Positions 1-14,600 of a stretch of 20,000 nt of DNA are shown here, in pieces (the first letter of the stretch is position 1; the number at the start of each line of letters is the position of its first letter). The stretch spans positions 46,037 to 66,036 of the forward strand of contig JALJEE010001847.1 of the NCBI GenBank assembly GCA_023231475.1, in the 5' to 3' direction. This stretch comes from Seison nebaliae. Lineage: Eukaryota. The notes beneath the pieces were generated by a model that was given only the letters and a program-made list of their open reading frames with translations, was not told the DNA's origin and did not search any database. The translations under genes and the position numbers were made by a program.

Positions 1-2468
1 CATGTGACATGTGGCCAAATGTGAGAAAGTTTCGAAAAGAAAGTTTTCGAGAATTTTTCAAGAATTTTTCTCATGAAATGTCCTTCCTGTGTTGTTGGAA
101 AGACAGAACAAAGTGGCGAGCAACAAATGGGAGTGCTTATTGAGGGCGGGAGAAAAATCTCTTTCACAATTTGTCAGTTTGTCACCAACTACTTGGTTAG
201 ACTTAAGGGAAAGAGAGAAGAGACTTACATACGATGATGAGTGGTGAGGGCAATGGCAGATGGACTTGGATGAAAACATTTGTGATGAATGAGATGAAAT
301 GATTTTATAATCATAAAATTGTGATAGATGTGTGATTATGGATGATAATAAGAAGAATTATAAGAATTTTCTATTAATAATATTATAAAGATCATGATTA
401 TGAATGGAAAACATCCTGTAATGTGTGGATGTATATGAGAAATGAGAATCACTGCTATGTTAAAGCAATTAATTTTTTATTGGAATTACTGTAAGTTCCA
501 TGTAGGTATGTATGGACATGTGTTACTTTATTCTTCTTCCTCGCAAGATACCCACCGCTATCTACTACATCTCCTACATACGCCAGTCATTCATTTCATG
601 GCTTTCCTTTCTCATCTTACACAGACGAATAAGAAAGTTGTACGAATGGAAATCGAAGATTTGGAATCTATGTAACAATGTTATGTATCCACTCGTTCGT
701 CAGTTCGTCCCTTGATCAATAGTTATGTAATCGTATACATAAAAATATCCTTACTCACTCACGCTATCATCCGAGTACGTGTATGTGCATTGCCTTTACA
801 ATTAGATGAGATATATTTAAGATAAATTGTTCATATCGATGCCAATATGGAGAAGTAATAATTAGAATTTCTGACGAGTGTACATCCAATTATATTCTTG
901 TATTTATTCCTACTTAATTATTCAATTCTCTAATGATAATGATGAGAATAACGATGATGATGATGATGGTGATGGTGAGTAGGAAAAATAACGGTTTATT
1001 ATAATTGCTTCAAATATCAAGTATCGTCTTCTTGCCGACTAAAAAAATTTTCCTTTTTTCGAATCATAAGGAGGAATATTGCACATACTTTTTTTTCTCA
1101 TAAGCATATGCAACTCAACCATTCTTTTTTACATTCTCCAGCTAATAGTAACATTCAATATTTATATTTATTTTTCTTTCAATATTATTTCTATTTCAAT
1201 TTCTTCCCAACTTCGCCATGTTAGTTAGCACAAAAAAAATTAATAATATTCTCCCCAGCTATCGTCTACACATACATCATCATAAATAACCGTCAAGTTT
1301 CATCATTTATCAAGCACTGAATAATGAATGAGAAGGCTGATGGCAAATGTTCTTCTTCGATTACTTCCCTATCATCTCTCCTATCTCGCTAAATCGGAAT
1401 ATGTCCATTCTTTAAACTATCATTTTCTAATGGGATTGAATTGTTGTTCAGATCGTCGAGAAATAATAACAATCTGTAACATTATCACAGTAGCTAACAA
1501 GACTAGCTAATCGTTCGCCATTCAACAATCGAGGAAACTTTGAGATAAAACATTATTCTTGTTTACTCTAAAGGAATTAATCAAGTTGAATTTAGAGTAG
1601 GTGGATAGATTGAGGAAATTTCACATGCGACAAAACGAAAAAAAAATTATTGTAATTTTTTTTTCCGAAAGTGGAAGAGAATGGTTAATTTATTTACATT
1701 TATGTCCGTCTAATTCTCGAGAGATAAGACGGGAAGGAACGGTCTACAAAAGAATTCAACTTACTCTCTCTGTTTATTTTTTCTTCGTATTCTTCTATAC
1801 GGCTGTTCTCATTCGAAGAAGAAGTTTTTTTTTGTGGTAACAATGTAAGTAAATATGGGACGTGAAAGCCAAACACACACAATAGAATGAGAAGTGGTGG
1901 AATGGGAAAGGAGAAGTTTATCAAATATCTTCTTTCCTCCCATGGAGAGGTTGACGAGGAGGAATAGTATCTGATGCTGCAATTGCATATTGGATTTCAC
2001 GTCATACGAGAACCGTCGTACAAGTACATGATTGATTAATAACTTAATAGAAGAGAGACAAACCTCATAAAATCTTTTACGCAAACATTAGGGAAACGGG
2101 GACAAATCTTAGGTGGAGCTGCCGGTTACTTCGCTGGATCATGTCCAAATTCCATCGAAACAAAACAAAAAGAAAAACAGGAAAGCTATGTAAATTATGA
2201 AATTGTTTTCCACATTCAAACTATTTGTCTAACGAATATTTAGAGTTTGAAACTTTCATCAATTCACCCACCTACCAACTAGTCAATTCACACGAATTCA
2301 TATACAAATTGTTATTACCTATTATCAAATGAGCAGAAAGGACAAATATAATGAACTGTTTCATATCGACATCACAAACGATAACTCCACCAGAGAACAA
2401 TGATTTGAAGACTAATAATATAATTAAGAATAAATAATCAATTTCCACTTTACTTTCCTTCTTTTCCA

Positions 2469-2910
2469 TCACCAATTCTGCCCAACTACTTTGTTTGGTG
2501 CTATACCGGATGTGCGCCAATCATTCCCTGTTCATGAATAAACTTATATCTTATTCTTCGCCAAACAACACAAACAGTCGATCAAGTGATAATTGACTTG
2601 GTGCATAATTTTCCGTTTCACACTTCGTTTTAACTCGATAAACGCACATGCTGCCTCGCCAATACCATGACCTTCATACTTGATATTTTTGAGAGAAAGA
2701 AGAAACTGATCAGACATCAAACATTTAATGACAGAACGAACAAACAAACCGTTCGAATTCGATCTTTCTTGAACATTAACTTCTTCTTTTCATATAATTT
2801 CCCAACAATTTGGAAAAAACGTATATTTGTCACATTCTGCTACTTATGAATTTGGTAAATTGAAGTGATGATGAAATTTCTTTCAACTTTACCCAGATAA
2901 ATTGACACAT
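2469..2910 (-). CDS. Tentative 4-exon orphan gene or spliced transcript (98 aa)
   Basis: Exons 2910-2893, 2839-2750, 2705-2576 and 2527-2469 join in frame through 53-, 44- and 48-nt introns (donors GTAAAG, GTTTGT, GTTTGT) that fit the local intron style. The product has no recognisable homology. Confidence 0.3.
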
Positions 2911-3280
2911 TCTGTTTTGTTATCAGGAAAATCCTTACTCTTCATTTCAATTGATACTTCTCATGGAAATTGTTTACCAAGTAGTAAACAACGTTATTTT
3001 GCCTATTTTTGATATATAATATAATTAATATAATCTTTGTTTTATTTCGAAAGTTTGGATCGAAAGTTAGGTCGTTTGACCTCTCATTATCATCAACACG
3101 ATGAAAATAGTGATCCGACGAAATTCATCGTATGATCACATTCCTCTCACATTTTTGCGGATAACGAATCACTTTGAGCTCGAAATCACTCGACAATAAA
3201 GTTCATTTCAGTATTCAATTCAGTCGTTAGACGAAAAACGGGAAAAGAAATCATTCAAAAGAAGAAGATTTTAGGGAATC

Positions 3281-3845
3281 CCGGAGCGATATTCTCCTTA
3301 TGGAGGAATTTACCCTGTTTTTCATATTCGGACGTATATTCGTTCAAATATCGGAGCGGAATTCACCCAAAACGAGTTTTTCGGAGAGGAATTCACTCTA
3401 ATTTGAAATTTTCCAAGAGGAATTCACCTTCTTTCAGTTATTCAGAGAGGAATTCATGCTTGACATTGTAAACCAATTAGTAAATATTTTAATAGAATGA
3501 TAGTTTTAATATACATATACCATCTGCAGACGTAAAGTAACAGAACATTTACTAAAGAATGGTGTCGAGCTTTTGAATCCGGCTTTGAAATTTTTCGAAA
3601 ATGGAAGAAAAATAACATGTTGAATTTGAACATGAAGATCATGGTTTTCCTGTGAAAAAAACTTGTTAGAAAAAAATTTAGAGTGATTTCCTCTCCGAAA
3701 TGAAATTAACATTTGATTTCAGAGTCAATTCCTCTCCGAAATCTAACAAAGTGGGTGAATTCCTCTCCGATATCGATCTAAATGGTGAATTCCTCTCCGA
3801 AATGAATTTATCATATTTTGAGAATGAATGAATTCCTCTCCGAAA
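3281..3845. repeat. Two-armed inverted array of ~17-bp repeats (consensus TCGGAGAGGAATTCAC), possibly a non-autonomous DNA transposon with subterminal repeats
   Basis: Forward copies at 3351, 3381, 3412 and 3442, with degenerate copies at 3281, 3299 and ~3328. Reverse-complement copies (GTGAATTCCTCTCCGAAA) at 3682-3700, 3723-3741, 3754-3772, 3784-3802 and 3827-3845. Spacers are non-identical and the arms are separated by a ~220-bp unique centre. Confidence 0.85.
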
Positions 3846-6800
3846 TTTAGCTACTAAAACAATACTATTGTGTTCAATTGTGACAACTAGCATACAAAAT
3901 GACAAACATATTGTGACAATAGACCTTTGAACAGGAATAATTAGAAAATTAACGAAATTAGAAAATACATTGGAACTAATTAAACTATTATAATAGTTAT
4001 AATTCGTATACGAATTATGAAAGATATGGAAATTCGAATGCTGTGTTAATATTTCAAAGTAAAATGAGTGAAATCTTTCCAAGTAATATGATTGAAATTC
4101 TTATTTGTCAGGATATATTTTAATATTACATACTAATAAAGTAATAAATTTACAAGGACTCATCATGCAATCGGTTTACTTTATAAATATCTTTAATCAG
4201 AAACTTTTTAAATGGCCAATGGATATAATTTATATAATATTATTCTTATAAGAAAAGAAAGATGGAATATAAGAGAATATTAACTTGAATTTGGAATAAT
4301 CAACTGCTACATATCATGTCGTTCACCACTAAAGTGATCGGTCTTCAAATTGGTCAAATTGGAATTTTAACTTAACCATAAACAAAAGAGACTGCTATTT
4401 TATTTGGACACTGATAAATAAGAATGAATTCTTTTCCATATAAAACGTTACCATAACAGAGATATCATCAGAGGTGGAATTCCTTGTGGAAAGTTGAGTG
4501 AACTGTTCTCCGAAATGTGAATGAATCAATGGGGAGAAAGGTGAGTCAATGTATGGAAGTGATTTCCTTTCCCTCATTCTATCAGCTATGACATATGAGC
4601 TATATTTGTTTACATCCTTATGAATGTGATAGAATTATCAGAGACAGAATAGTAACATTATGTAATTATTGTACGCATTTGATATGATGAAGAATATGTT
4701 GTCTTTTCGTACTTGTCGTTTTGAGGAGATCGTCTTTCTCCTTCATTAATATGGAATTATATAGAGGAAATCTGTTGGGAATTGGAAGGAAGTTGTGAAA
4801 AAGAAAAATTTGAAAAGAAATTTGTTTTTTTTAGAAATAATACTTTATTTGACACTTTTAAATCTATCACTTTAATAGGAGAAGTATATGAAAGAAAGTT
4901 TGAGAACTTTCAACTGTTTGCGTAAGCAATGAGGGGCAAGCAACCAAGCAAGCAAACTATAACAACGTATATAAGTATTGAGCTTGTAGTTCTGCTATTA
5001 TCGTTGTTATAGTGACTAAGGTTAATAATATACTTATACAAGTATTTACTGTTTCCAGTTATAAAGATAAAATGAACATAGGGGTTGGATGAAAGCAAAT
5101 TTTATTTGGACTTCTTTCATTTCACCAATAATGTGCAAGGATTAGGAAAAAACAGAGAGAAGTCTTCCATTTTTTACGGACATCTTACTCATTTCAATAT
5201 TAGTCGGCCACTGAGAATGTATTAGAGTGTAAACTGTAGGAATATTAGGAACATTATAGATATTGGAAACCGGTATTTGCTTATTCTCTCTTGAATGGTT
5301 GTAATGAAGAATTATTTGATGAAAGTAGTTGATTTCTTCTACCAATTCTACCAACAATCCTTACCTACGGTCTTTCCGTTCTACATAATATCACGTAGTT
5401 GAAACAAATTCTTATATTACTTATTTCCTGTCGTTTTTTCCTTTTTGTCTCGATGGAAAGGGTGAAGACATGGATGACCTATCCATTCCACTAATATTCA
5501 ACGTCATTTTTACGATATCCGTCTCTTCACATCTGCCAGTTAATGCAAGACGAAAACATTTCTTCAAATATATCCTTACACATCCAAATTTAATTAAATT
5601 GAATTGATTCACAAGGAGAAAGTATTTAGAAAGGAAATCATTAGTGCACAAATTCTCTTTTGAAATTATCCCCTCTCTCAGAAAAGGTCAAACCGAAAAC
5701 CAAAATTCTTAAAAGAAAACATTTTCCCCTTCTAATCTCGTCTATACTAAACTTATTTTGTTTCTCTTCTTTCTCCCCAAGCTTCCTACTTCGTTGACGA
5801 TATGAGGAAAGATGTTATACAAAAGATTGCGACGTATGCGTCACATTCGTATCGAAAGAGAACTGTGGGAAATTGGAAAAAAACCAGCTGTATTTCGGTT
5901 TCTCCTTTTCCGATTTGTCATTTGCGACGGGAATTACATTCTCTTTTAAATTGAACAAATTCGTTAATGTGTCAAAGCTATAAATGCCATTAGTTCGATT
6001 TACTGATTCCTCCACAGATAAGGATATTCAGTAAAGAAATTCTTTCGAAATGTCGACGGTTAAATTAGAGAGAAATTAATTCACTTAAATATCAACTCAT
6101 TAACGATAATAATCATTGCAATGATCGTTAAGGAAATAATTACTAATTTTTATTCAAAGTCAATGAATACAAATTGGTTTGGGGAGACAAAGTCATATTG
6201 GAAAGGAACAAATTATTCCGAACAATGTCAAAGATTTTCACATTCTCATTCAATTTCTCATTCTTTTAATTTTATCGCAAAATTTCAATGTACGAATCAA
6301 CTTAATTCTATATGTATGACAGGCCCACGTATGATGCAGTCAGTGGAGGGGAGACTACATTTATTTAATAAAAGGAAGTTAGCAAGGTAAGTCAATATAA
6401 ACAAAATTATTGTCAATTGTTTCATTTGGTCTCTATTTTTCAAGATTCTACACATATGTCGGTTGTTGATCGGTTCCTTCGTATACAACATTCTGTCCCA
6501 CTCACCACTTCCAATACTGTTTTCAATATTATTTTCAGCTTAAAAAACTTATACATAATACATAATAACACATGAAAAAAAAATCACACGTCATTGAAAC
6601 TAAACACTTCCAACTACAATTGCAGACGGAATTTATCTTCAATCGAAATTTACTCCACTTTCTCAAATTAACCAAAATCTATAAGTTAGACTGTAACTCT
6701 TCAATTTCACTTACTTCGCTCTACAATTCATCATTTATTTCATCATTCTAAAATTTATACAAATACGTATCCGAACTTATTTTTTTGTATTATATCAACC

Positions 6801-7404
6801 AATCCCCGCGGAGTAAATAAAAGAGAAAATAGAATATCTCACTAGACGACTCACCCCAAATAAATGAGTTGACCTGATCTATTCTTGAACACAACGGATG
6901 AGGCACATAAGGTACCATATTAATATTTAATTGTTATATAAAATAAAATTATAATAAATTATTAGAATTGTAATATTTTTAAATTGGGATTATTATAATA
7001 TTATAAAATTATTCCATTAAGAATTAAATAATAATCAGATCAATTACTATATCAATTATATTTTTGTTCGATATCAACTATGATTTCGCCAAGCATCTTC
7101 ATATTTGAAAAGAAATGATATTTCTGAAATGTATTAAAGAAACTTTATTTTTTAAATTTCATTTCAATTTGAAATTTTCTTAAATCAACAAGGAATAAAA
7201 CAATTTTCACGGAGTCACCAGTTGTTTCATTCTACCAGTTGTTAGACGAAATTTATCAGAAATAAGTAAATTAATCAGATTTCTGAGCTCGTAATTTTTC
7301 CATAAGAAATTTCATTTTCGAAGAACAAATTAAAATTTTTTTAAATTTTCATCAAAATCAATTTCTATGGAAATTACTTAAACATTAAGAAAGAATAACG
7401 TAGA

Positions 7405-9428
<2,024 letters not shown>

Positions 9429-9460
9429 AATTCCATTTGGATCATTCAATTTAAGTTTAT

Positions 9461-9554
9461 TTGAAATTAAATTGAAAATATTTGGATTGAAATTAAATTG
9501 AAAATATTTTCATTGAAATTAATTTGAAAATATTTTAGTCATAATTAAATTGAA
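9461..9554. repeat. AT-rich minisatellite, 26-bp unit x ~3.6
   Basis: TTGAAATTAAATTGAAAATATTTNNN at 9461, 9487 and 9513, plus a partial copy at 9539, between CFAP100 and UROC1. Confidence 0.85.
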
Positions 9555-9760
9555 TCGAATGTGAAAGAGGTGAAGTGAAAGATTTAATGGAATTATATGT
9601 AAAAATGAAATTAATTAAGTTTGGATGAGAAAAGATGAAAAATTTAATTTGAATAAAAATAAATTAGATGGAGATAATTCGATGAGGATGGTTGAATGAC
9701 GTTTCATTTATTTCATATAATGGATTGAGTTCAATGAACCATTAAAAATTGAGAAACGAG

Positions 9761-12516
9761 ATGGATATGTTAGTTATATTGTTAATTCATCCACTACCAA
9801 CTAATTAAATAGTCAATTAAATTTATCTTTACTTTGCGCACCAGTTCCAGAGAAATTGGAAGATTTACCTCAACTGACACCTCTTCGAACAGATATTCCA
9901 CATGCACCAAAACGGATAAACAATTTAAATGAGAGCGAGAAACAGGTTTCCTCATTCTTCGTTTGCAGTAAATGAATTATGAATTGTCAGAAAGCAGTAG
10001 AGAACCATCTTCGATATTTTCCGGTTAATCTCCACGCAATCTTAGGGAAGGAATTCGCTGATGAATTGGAGAAGTATGGTCATATTTATATGTATCGATT
10101 TCGTCCATTTATGCTGGAAATGAAGTGATTTTTATTTGAACGGAATTTTCATTTCACCCGGAATTACAGAGCATATCCAATTCAAAATTATCCGTGTAAT
10201 TGTAAAGAAGCGGCATGTATCATGATCAATATTATGAATAATTTAAGTGATAACATTGCTCAATTTCCGGAAGAGTTGGTAACTTATGGTGGTAATGGAC
10301 AAGTCTTCTCCAATTGGATTCAAGTTACCGTTACAATTCCATCAAATTTCTTCATTTTCCCCAGTTCCGTCTCACTATGTACTACCTAAGTCAATTGACG
10401 AAGGAACAAACTTTGGTATTAGTTTCAGGCCATCCTCAAGGATTATTTCCATCAACTGAATCTGCCTCAAGAATGGTCATTTCGAATGGAATGGTTATTC
10501 TAATGTGAAGAAATTGAGTGAATCTATTTCGACAGATGATCCCCAATTATTCGTCTATGGAGCTTTATAGAAAATTATTCGCTCTCGGTGTGACAATGTT
10601 CTTCATTTCTTCTCTTTTTTTTTAATAAGTTAATTTTTAGGTATGGTCAAATGACGGCAGGAAGTTTCTGTTACATTGGACCGCAAGGTATTGTTCATGG
10701 TACAACGGTTCGTCTGACATTTCTTTTCCTGAATATTATTTATGAAAAAATTAGATAACTTTATTGAATGCAGGAAGGAAATATCTTGGAACTTCCGATT
10801 TGACGGGAATAGTTTACGTAACATCCGGTTTAGGAGGAATGAGCGGAGCACAAGCTAAAGCAGCAACAATAGTTGGATGTATTGGTGTCATAGCGGAAGT
10901 TATTCGTTAATAGGAATTGATGAAATTCAATATTTGGATGTAGGTGTCTCTGGAAGCGATTATTAAGCGACATAAACAAGGATGGTTATCCATTTATTTT
11001 AGTGATTTGGATCGAGTGATTTCGGAAATTCGAATTTGCAAAAAGAAGAAAATTAGTAAGAGTATCGGTTATCATGGAAATGTGGTGAATTTATGGTTCA
11101 TTCCTATAATAAATTCAACTGATAATAAATGTAAATTATTTGATATAGGAAGAAATTGGGAGAAGTATTCGAAGAGGAGAACGAATTGTTAGTAGATCTG
11201 GGATCGGATCAAACATCTTGTCATGATGTTTTTGGAGGTGGATATTATCCGGTGGGTGTTGGTCTTTTAACTTCATTAAATTGTTTTTAATGAATTCAGG
11301 TGAATTATGAGAATGGAAGAACGTTGCTGGTAACGGACAAAAAGAAATTTGAGGCATTAGTTGAGGAAAGGTGAGTCAGTTTATTCTTCATCATTCCTCA
11401 TTATCTTTCCAGTCTTCGTCAACAAGTATTAGCTATAAACAAATTGAGTGAGAAAGGAATGAAGTTTTGGGATTATGGTAATGCTTTCTTATTAGAAGCA
11501 TCGAAAGCGAAAGCGAATGTCATATCAAAAAAGAAGACGAGCGATATAGTTGGAATTGGCGGATCGAAGTTCATATATCCCTCATATTTCGAGGATATAA
11601 TGGGAGATGTATTCTCCGCCGGTTTCGGACCGTTTCGGTAAAATTTCTTCAAATTCTTAATTTTTTCATATTCTCCCAAGATGGATGTGTACGTCATGTC
11701 TGGAGTCGGATCTGGATCAAACAGATGAAATAGCAGTGGAAATATTCGAAAGATTAGTAGGAGAAGGTTAGATGTGAATATGTTTATCTCGAAAAGTAAA
11801 TATGAAAACGAAGAAAATGATGAGAGAGTGAAAGAACATCTGAGAGATAACTTGAAATGGATTAAGGAAGCGAAAAAGAATAATTTGGTAGTGGGAACAT
11901 TCTCGAGAATTCTTTACAGTAACGAACGTGCAAGATTAATGCTTGCCGAACAATTCCATGGAGCCATAAAAAACGGAAATATTAAAGTTAGAGAATTTGT
12001 GATCAAACCATCATTCTAAATAAAATAATGATAAGGCATCAATAATTTTGAGTCGAGACCATCATGATGTTAGTGGAACAGATAGTCCTTTTCGAGAAAC
12101 GGCGAATATAACGGACGGATCTGCTTATTGTGCTGGTTAGTTTTGTGGAATATGAAGGTGAATAAAAATATTTTGAATAGATATGGCTGTTCAGAATGCG
12201 ATCGGTTTAAGTACACGAGGTGCAACTTGGGTCGCGTTACATAACGGTGGTGGTGTGGGTTGGGGCGAAGTGATGAACGGAGGATTCGGAATGGTGCTCG
12301 ATGGAACGGAAATGAATGTGAAGAAAGCGAAAGCGATGTTAAGTTGGGACGTGTTGAATGGAGTTAATTTAATGATTTTTTGTGAGGAATAATAAACGGT
12401 TTGTTACATTGTAGATAGTACGACGGGGATGGAGTGGAAATTCGGTGGCTATATCGGCCGGACGGAAGGCGATGTCGTCCAATTCCCAATTGAACATTAC
12501 ACTGCCGAAAGAGTGA
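9761..12516 (+). CDS. UROC1: Urocanate hydratase (eukaryotic long form), 17 exons
   Basis: ATG at 9761, 8-nt first coding exon. Introns 9769-9812, 9946-9990, 10125-10169, 10324-10364, 10494-10535, 10598-10640, 10708-10754, 10899-10943, 11096-11148, 11258-11299, 11371-11412, 11638-11680, 11767-11813, 11987-12035, 12136-12180 and 12363-12414. Motifs: YGHIYMYRF, AQFPEELVTYGGNGQVFSNW, MYGQMTAGSFCYIGPQGIVHGT, TSGLGGMSGAQAKAA, SDQTSCH, WDYGNAF, GFGPFRW, SRDHHDVSGTDSPFRET, GATWVALHNGGGVGWGE. Stop TGA 12514-12516; a further short intron from 12513 is possible and would extend the end to ~12560. Confidence 0.96.
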
Positions 12517-12907
12517 GACCTCAATTGATTGATCGATATTCATCGAAAAGACATTTTTAAATTTTAACTTCTTTCCTAAATTCCGTCTCTTTTCTTTCAG
12601 TAATATTCTCCTACGTCAAATAAAACTCTATTGAAATTTCTTCAATGTTAGTTAGTTGTCTATGCTTCGAAATTAGTCTTATGTTAATAGGTCGTATTGG
12701 TAGGGGAGGACGTAATGAATAAAATTTATGTGAAACGTTTATTACAATGATCAATGGCCATCAGCCTTCACATATATGAGACATCTGAATTGTACATAAG
12801 AGAAAACACCACATCTCAATTCATTGCACATTCACTTTTTTCACACTCTTCATTATTTCGTCCGAAACGAAATCTTAGACCCATCTCAATTCGTTGTTCA
12901 TTCGACC

Positions 12908-14343
12908 ATGCAAATCCAACCGATTCATAATGAACGAGAACAATTAACTTCAGCATATAGAAGAATCAGAAAAATAAACATCACTTCTCTGCTATTTCTC
13001 ATCACATTGCTCATCATCGCATTCGTCGTCGGCGGTATACTCATTGACAATAAAGTGGACGAAGCTAAAGATCAACAATTTGCCGCTACCTCAACAACCA
13101 CAACAACTGCTGCCGACAATGGAACAACTCACGATCATGAAGATGAAGCAACAACAATAACCACCACAATCGAAGTACATGAAGATGAGGACGATCATGA
13201 TCATGAAGATGAAGCTACAACGACTACCGCAACAACAACAACAACAACTGAACCGTCAACTAGTGCAAGTTTTTATTTTTTCCATTAAACATATCATTCC
13301 TTTCTTCCATAGAATGGGGCTATGGTTTCCTTAGTGTGACAATCGTTTCACTCAGTAGTATTATTGGCGTATTTATCATACCTTGCGTTTCAGCAAGATC
13401 CCTCAAAACTATAACAACCACTTTCATCGGTCTAGCTGTCGGCACGTTGATGGGCGACACTTTCTATCATATCATTCCTTATGTCCTCTCACTTCACGGG
13501 CATGACGATGATCATGATCATGGTGAGGAGGCCGGTTACGTCAAAGTTCTCGAATGGGATTTCTTATGGAAAATGTCCGTAATTCTTTTAGGTTTCTTCT
13601 TCTTTCAATTCAATTCCATTTCATCAATTCGATTAATAAGGATTTTTCGGTTTTTATCTTATCGAACTTATTCTACGCATTATCAGTTATACGCCAAAAA
13701 CATCAGATTATTCTGAAATCTTCAACACAGGAGAAGTTTCTTTAAATGACGATGATGGTCATGATCATAGTAGTGGTTAGTAAACTGATAATTAACCGAC
13801 AAATTATTTACTGGCTTTCTTTTAAGGAATCGCTCCAACCGCTTGGATGATATTATTAGGAGATGGTATGCATAATATTGCCGACGGTTTAGCATTAGGT
13901 GTCGCTTTTTCTGCTCGAACCACTTTAGGATGGTCCACAACTGTGGCTGTTCTCCTTCATGAAATTCCACACGAACTTGGCGATTATTCAATTCTAATAC
14001 AATCCGGTTTCTCCGTAAGAAAGGCCGTTTTCTTCAATCTACTGAGTGCTGCCACCGCATACATCGGTTTGATAGTGGCTCTCGCAATTTCCGATAACAT
14101 CGACGACGCTCGTTTATGGATTTTCGCCGTTACAGCTGGAAATTTCCTGTACGTTTCTCTAACTGACTTGGTAATATTTTTATTAGATATTTAATCTTAC
14201 TTTTTATCCAGTTACCAACATTATTAAATCGTGTGCAACGAACCGTTTATATTATATTCCAAGTGATGGGAATTGTTGTTGGAATTCTGTTGATGTTACT
14301 TCTCTCCATCTATGAAGATGACTTACTCGAACTATTTGACTAA
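12908..14343 (+). CDS. ZIP (SLC39) metal/zinc transporter, LIV-1 subfamily, 5 exons
   Basis: ATG at 12908. Introns 13269-13312, 13592-13640, 13776-13826 and 14171-14211; stop TAA 14341-14343. Motifs: WGYGFLSVTIVSLSSIIG (TM1), FIGLAVGTLMGDTFYHIIP, His/Asp loop HGHDDDHDH, AWMILLGDGMHNIADGLALG (TM4), LIV-1 signature HEIPHELGD (TM5), AGNFLYVSLTDLLP. The specific orthologue cannot be assigned. Confidence 0.93.
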
Positions 14344-14600
14344 ATTATATTTGTTTAATTTGTTTTTTTTTCTTTTTAGAAATTATGTTCCATAGAAGTT
14401 TTTTTCAGACCCTTTCCATTTCATTAGAAATTGAATAATTTTTGTTGAATTATTACGCAGCATTATTTCTTAAAATAATTTTAGTTGAATCTTTTTCTAA
14501 ATAAATTTGTTTATTATTTATCAAATTTTATTTAAATTATTTTATTTATGGAAGTTCGTTGGAAGAAATAAAATGATGAGGAATGATTTTTGAAGTGTCA

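Noticed and set aside
442..715. Overlapping plus-strand ORFs and an acceptor at 547
   Set aside because: All three frames are briefly open and none resembles a known protein; no consistent exon chain could be built.
953..977. (GAT/GGT)n trinucleotide run followed by GTGAGT
   Set aside because: Short microsatellite; no supporting upstream acceptor or ORF to make it an exon.
3281..3845. CRISPR array interpretation of the repeat-spacer pattern
   Set aside because: Repeats are ~17 bp, spacers are only ~12-25 bp and uneven, the two arms are in opposite orientation, there are no cas genes, and the context is eukaryotic and intron-rich.
3678..4082. 134-aa minus-strand ORF with ISERNSP repeats
   Set aside because: TTG start; the peptide repeats are simply the translation of the DNA motif array, and the rest is AT-rich low-information sequence.
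4395..6491. Several 60-90 aa ORFs on both strands
   Set aside because: No recognisable motifs and no unambiguous spliced model; may be UTR, intronic or intergenic DNA.
9761..12516. Horizontal transfer of bacterial hutU
   Set aside because: It has the long N-terminal extension and motifs of animal-type UROC1, plus 16 spliceosomal introns.
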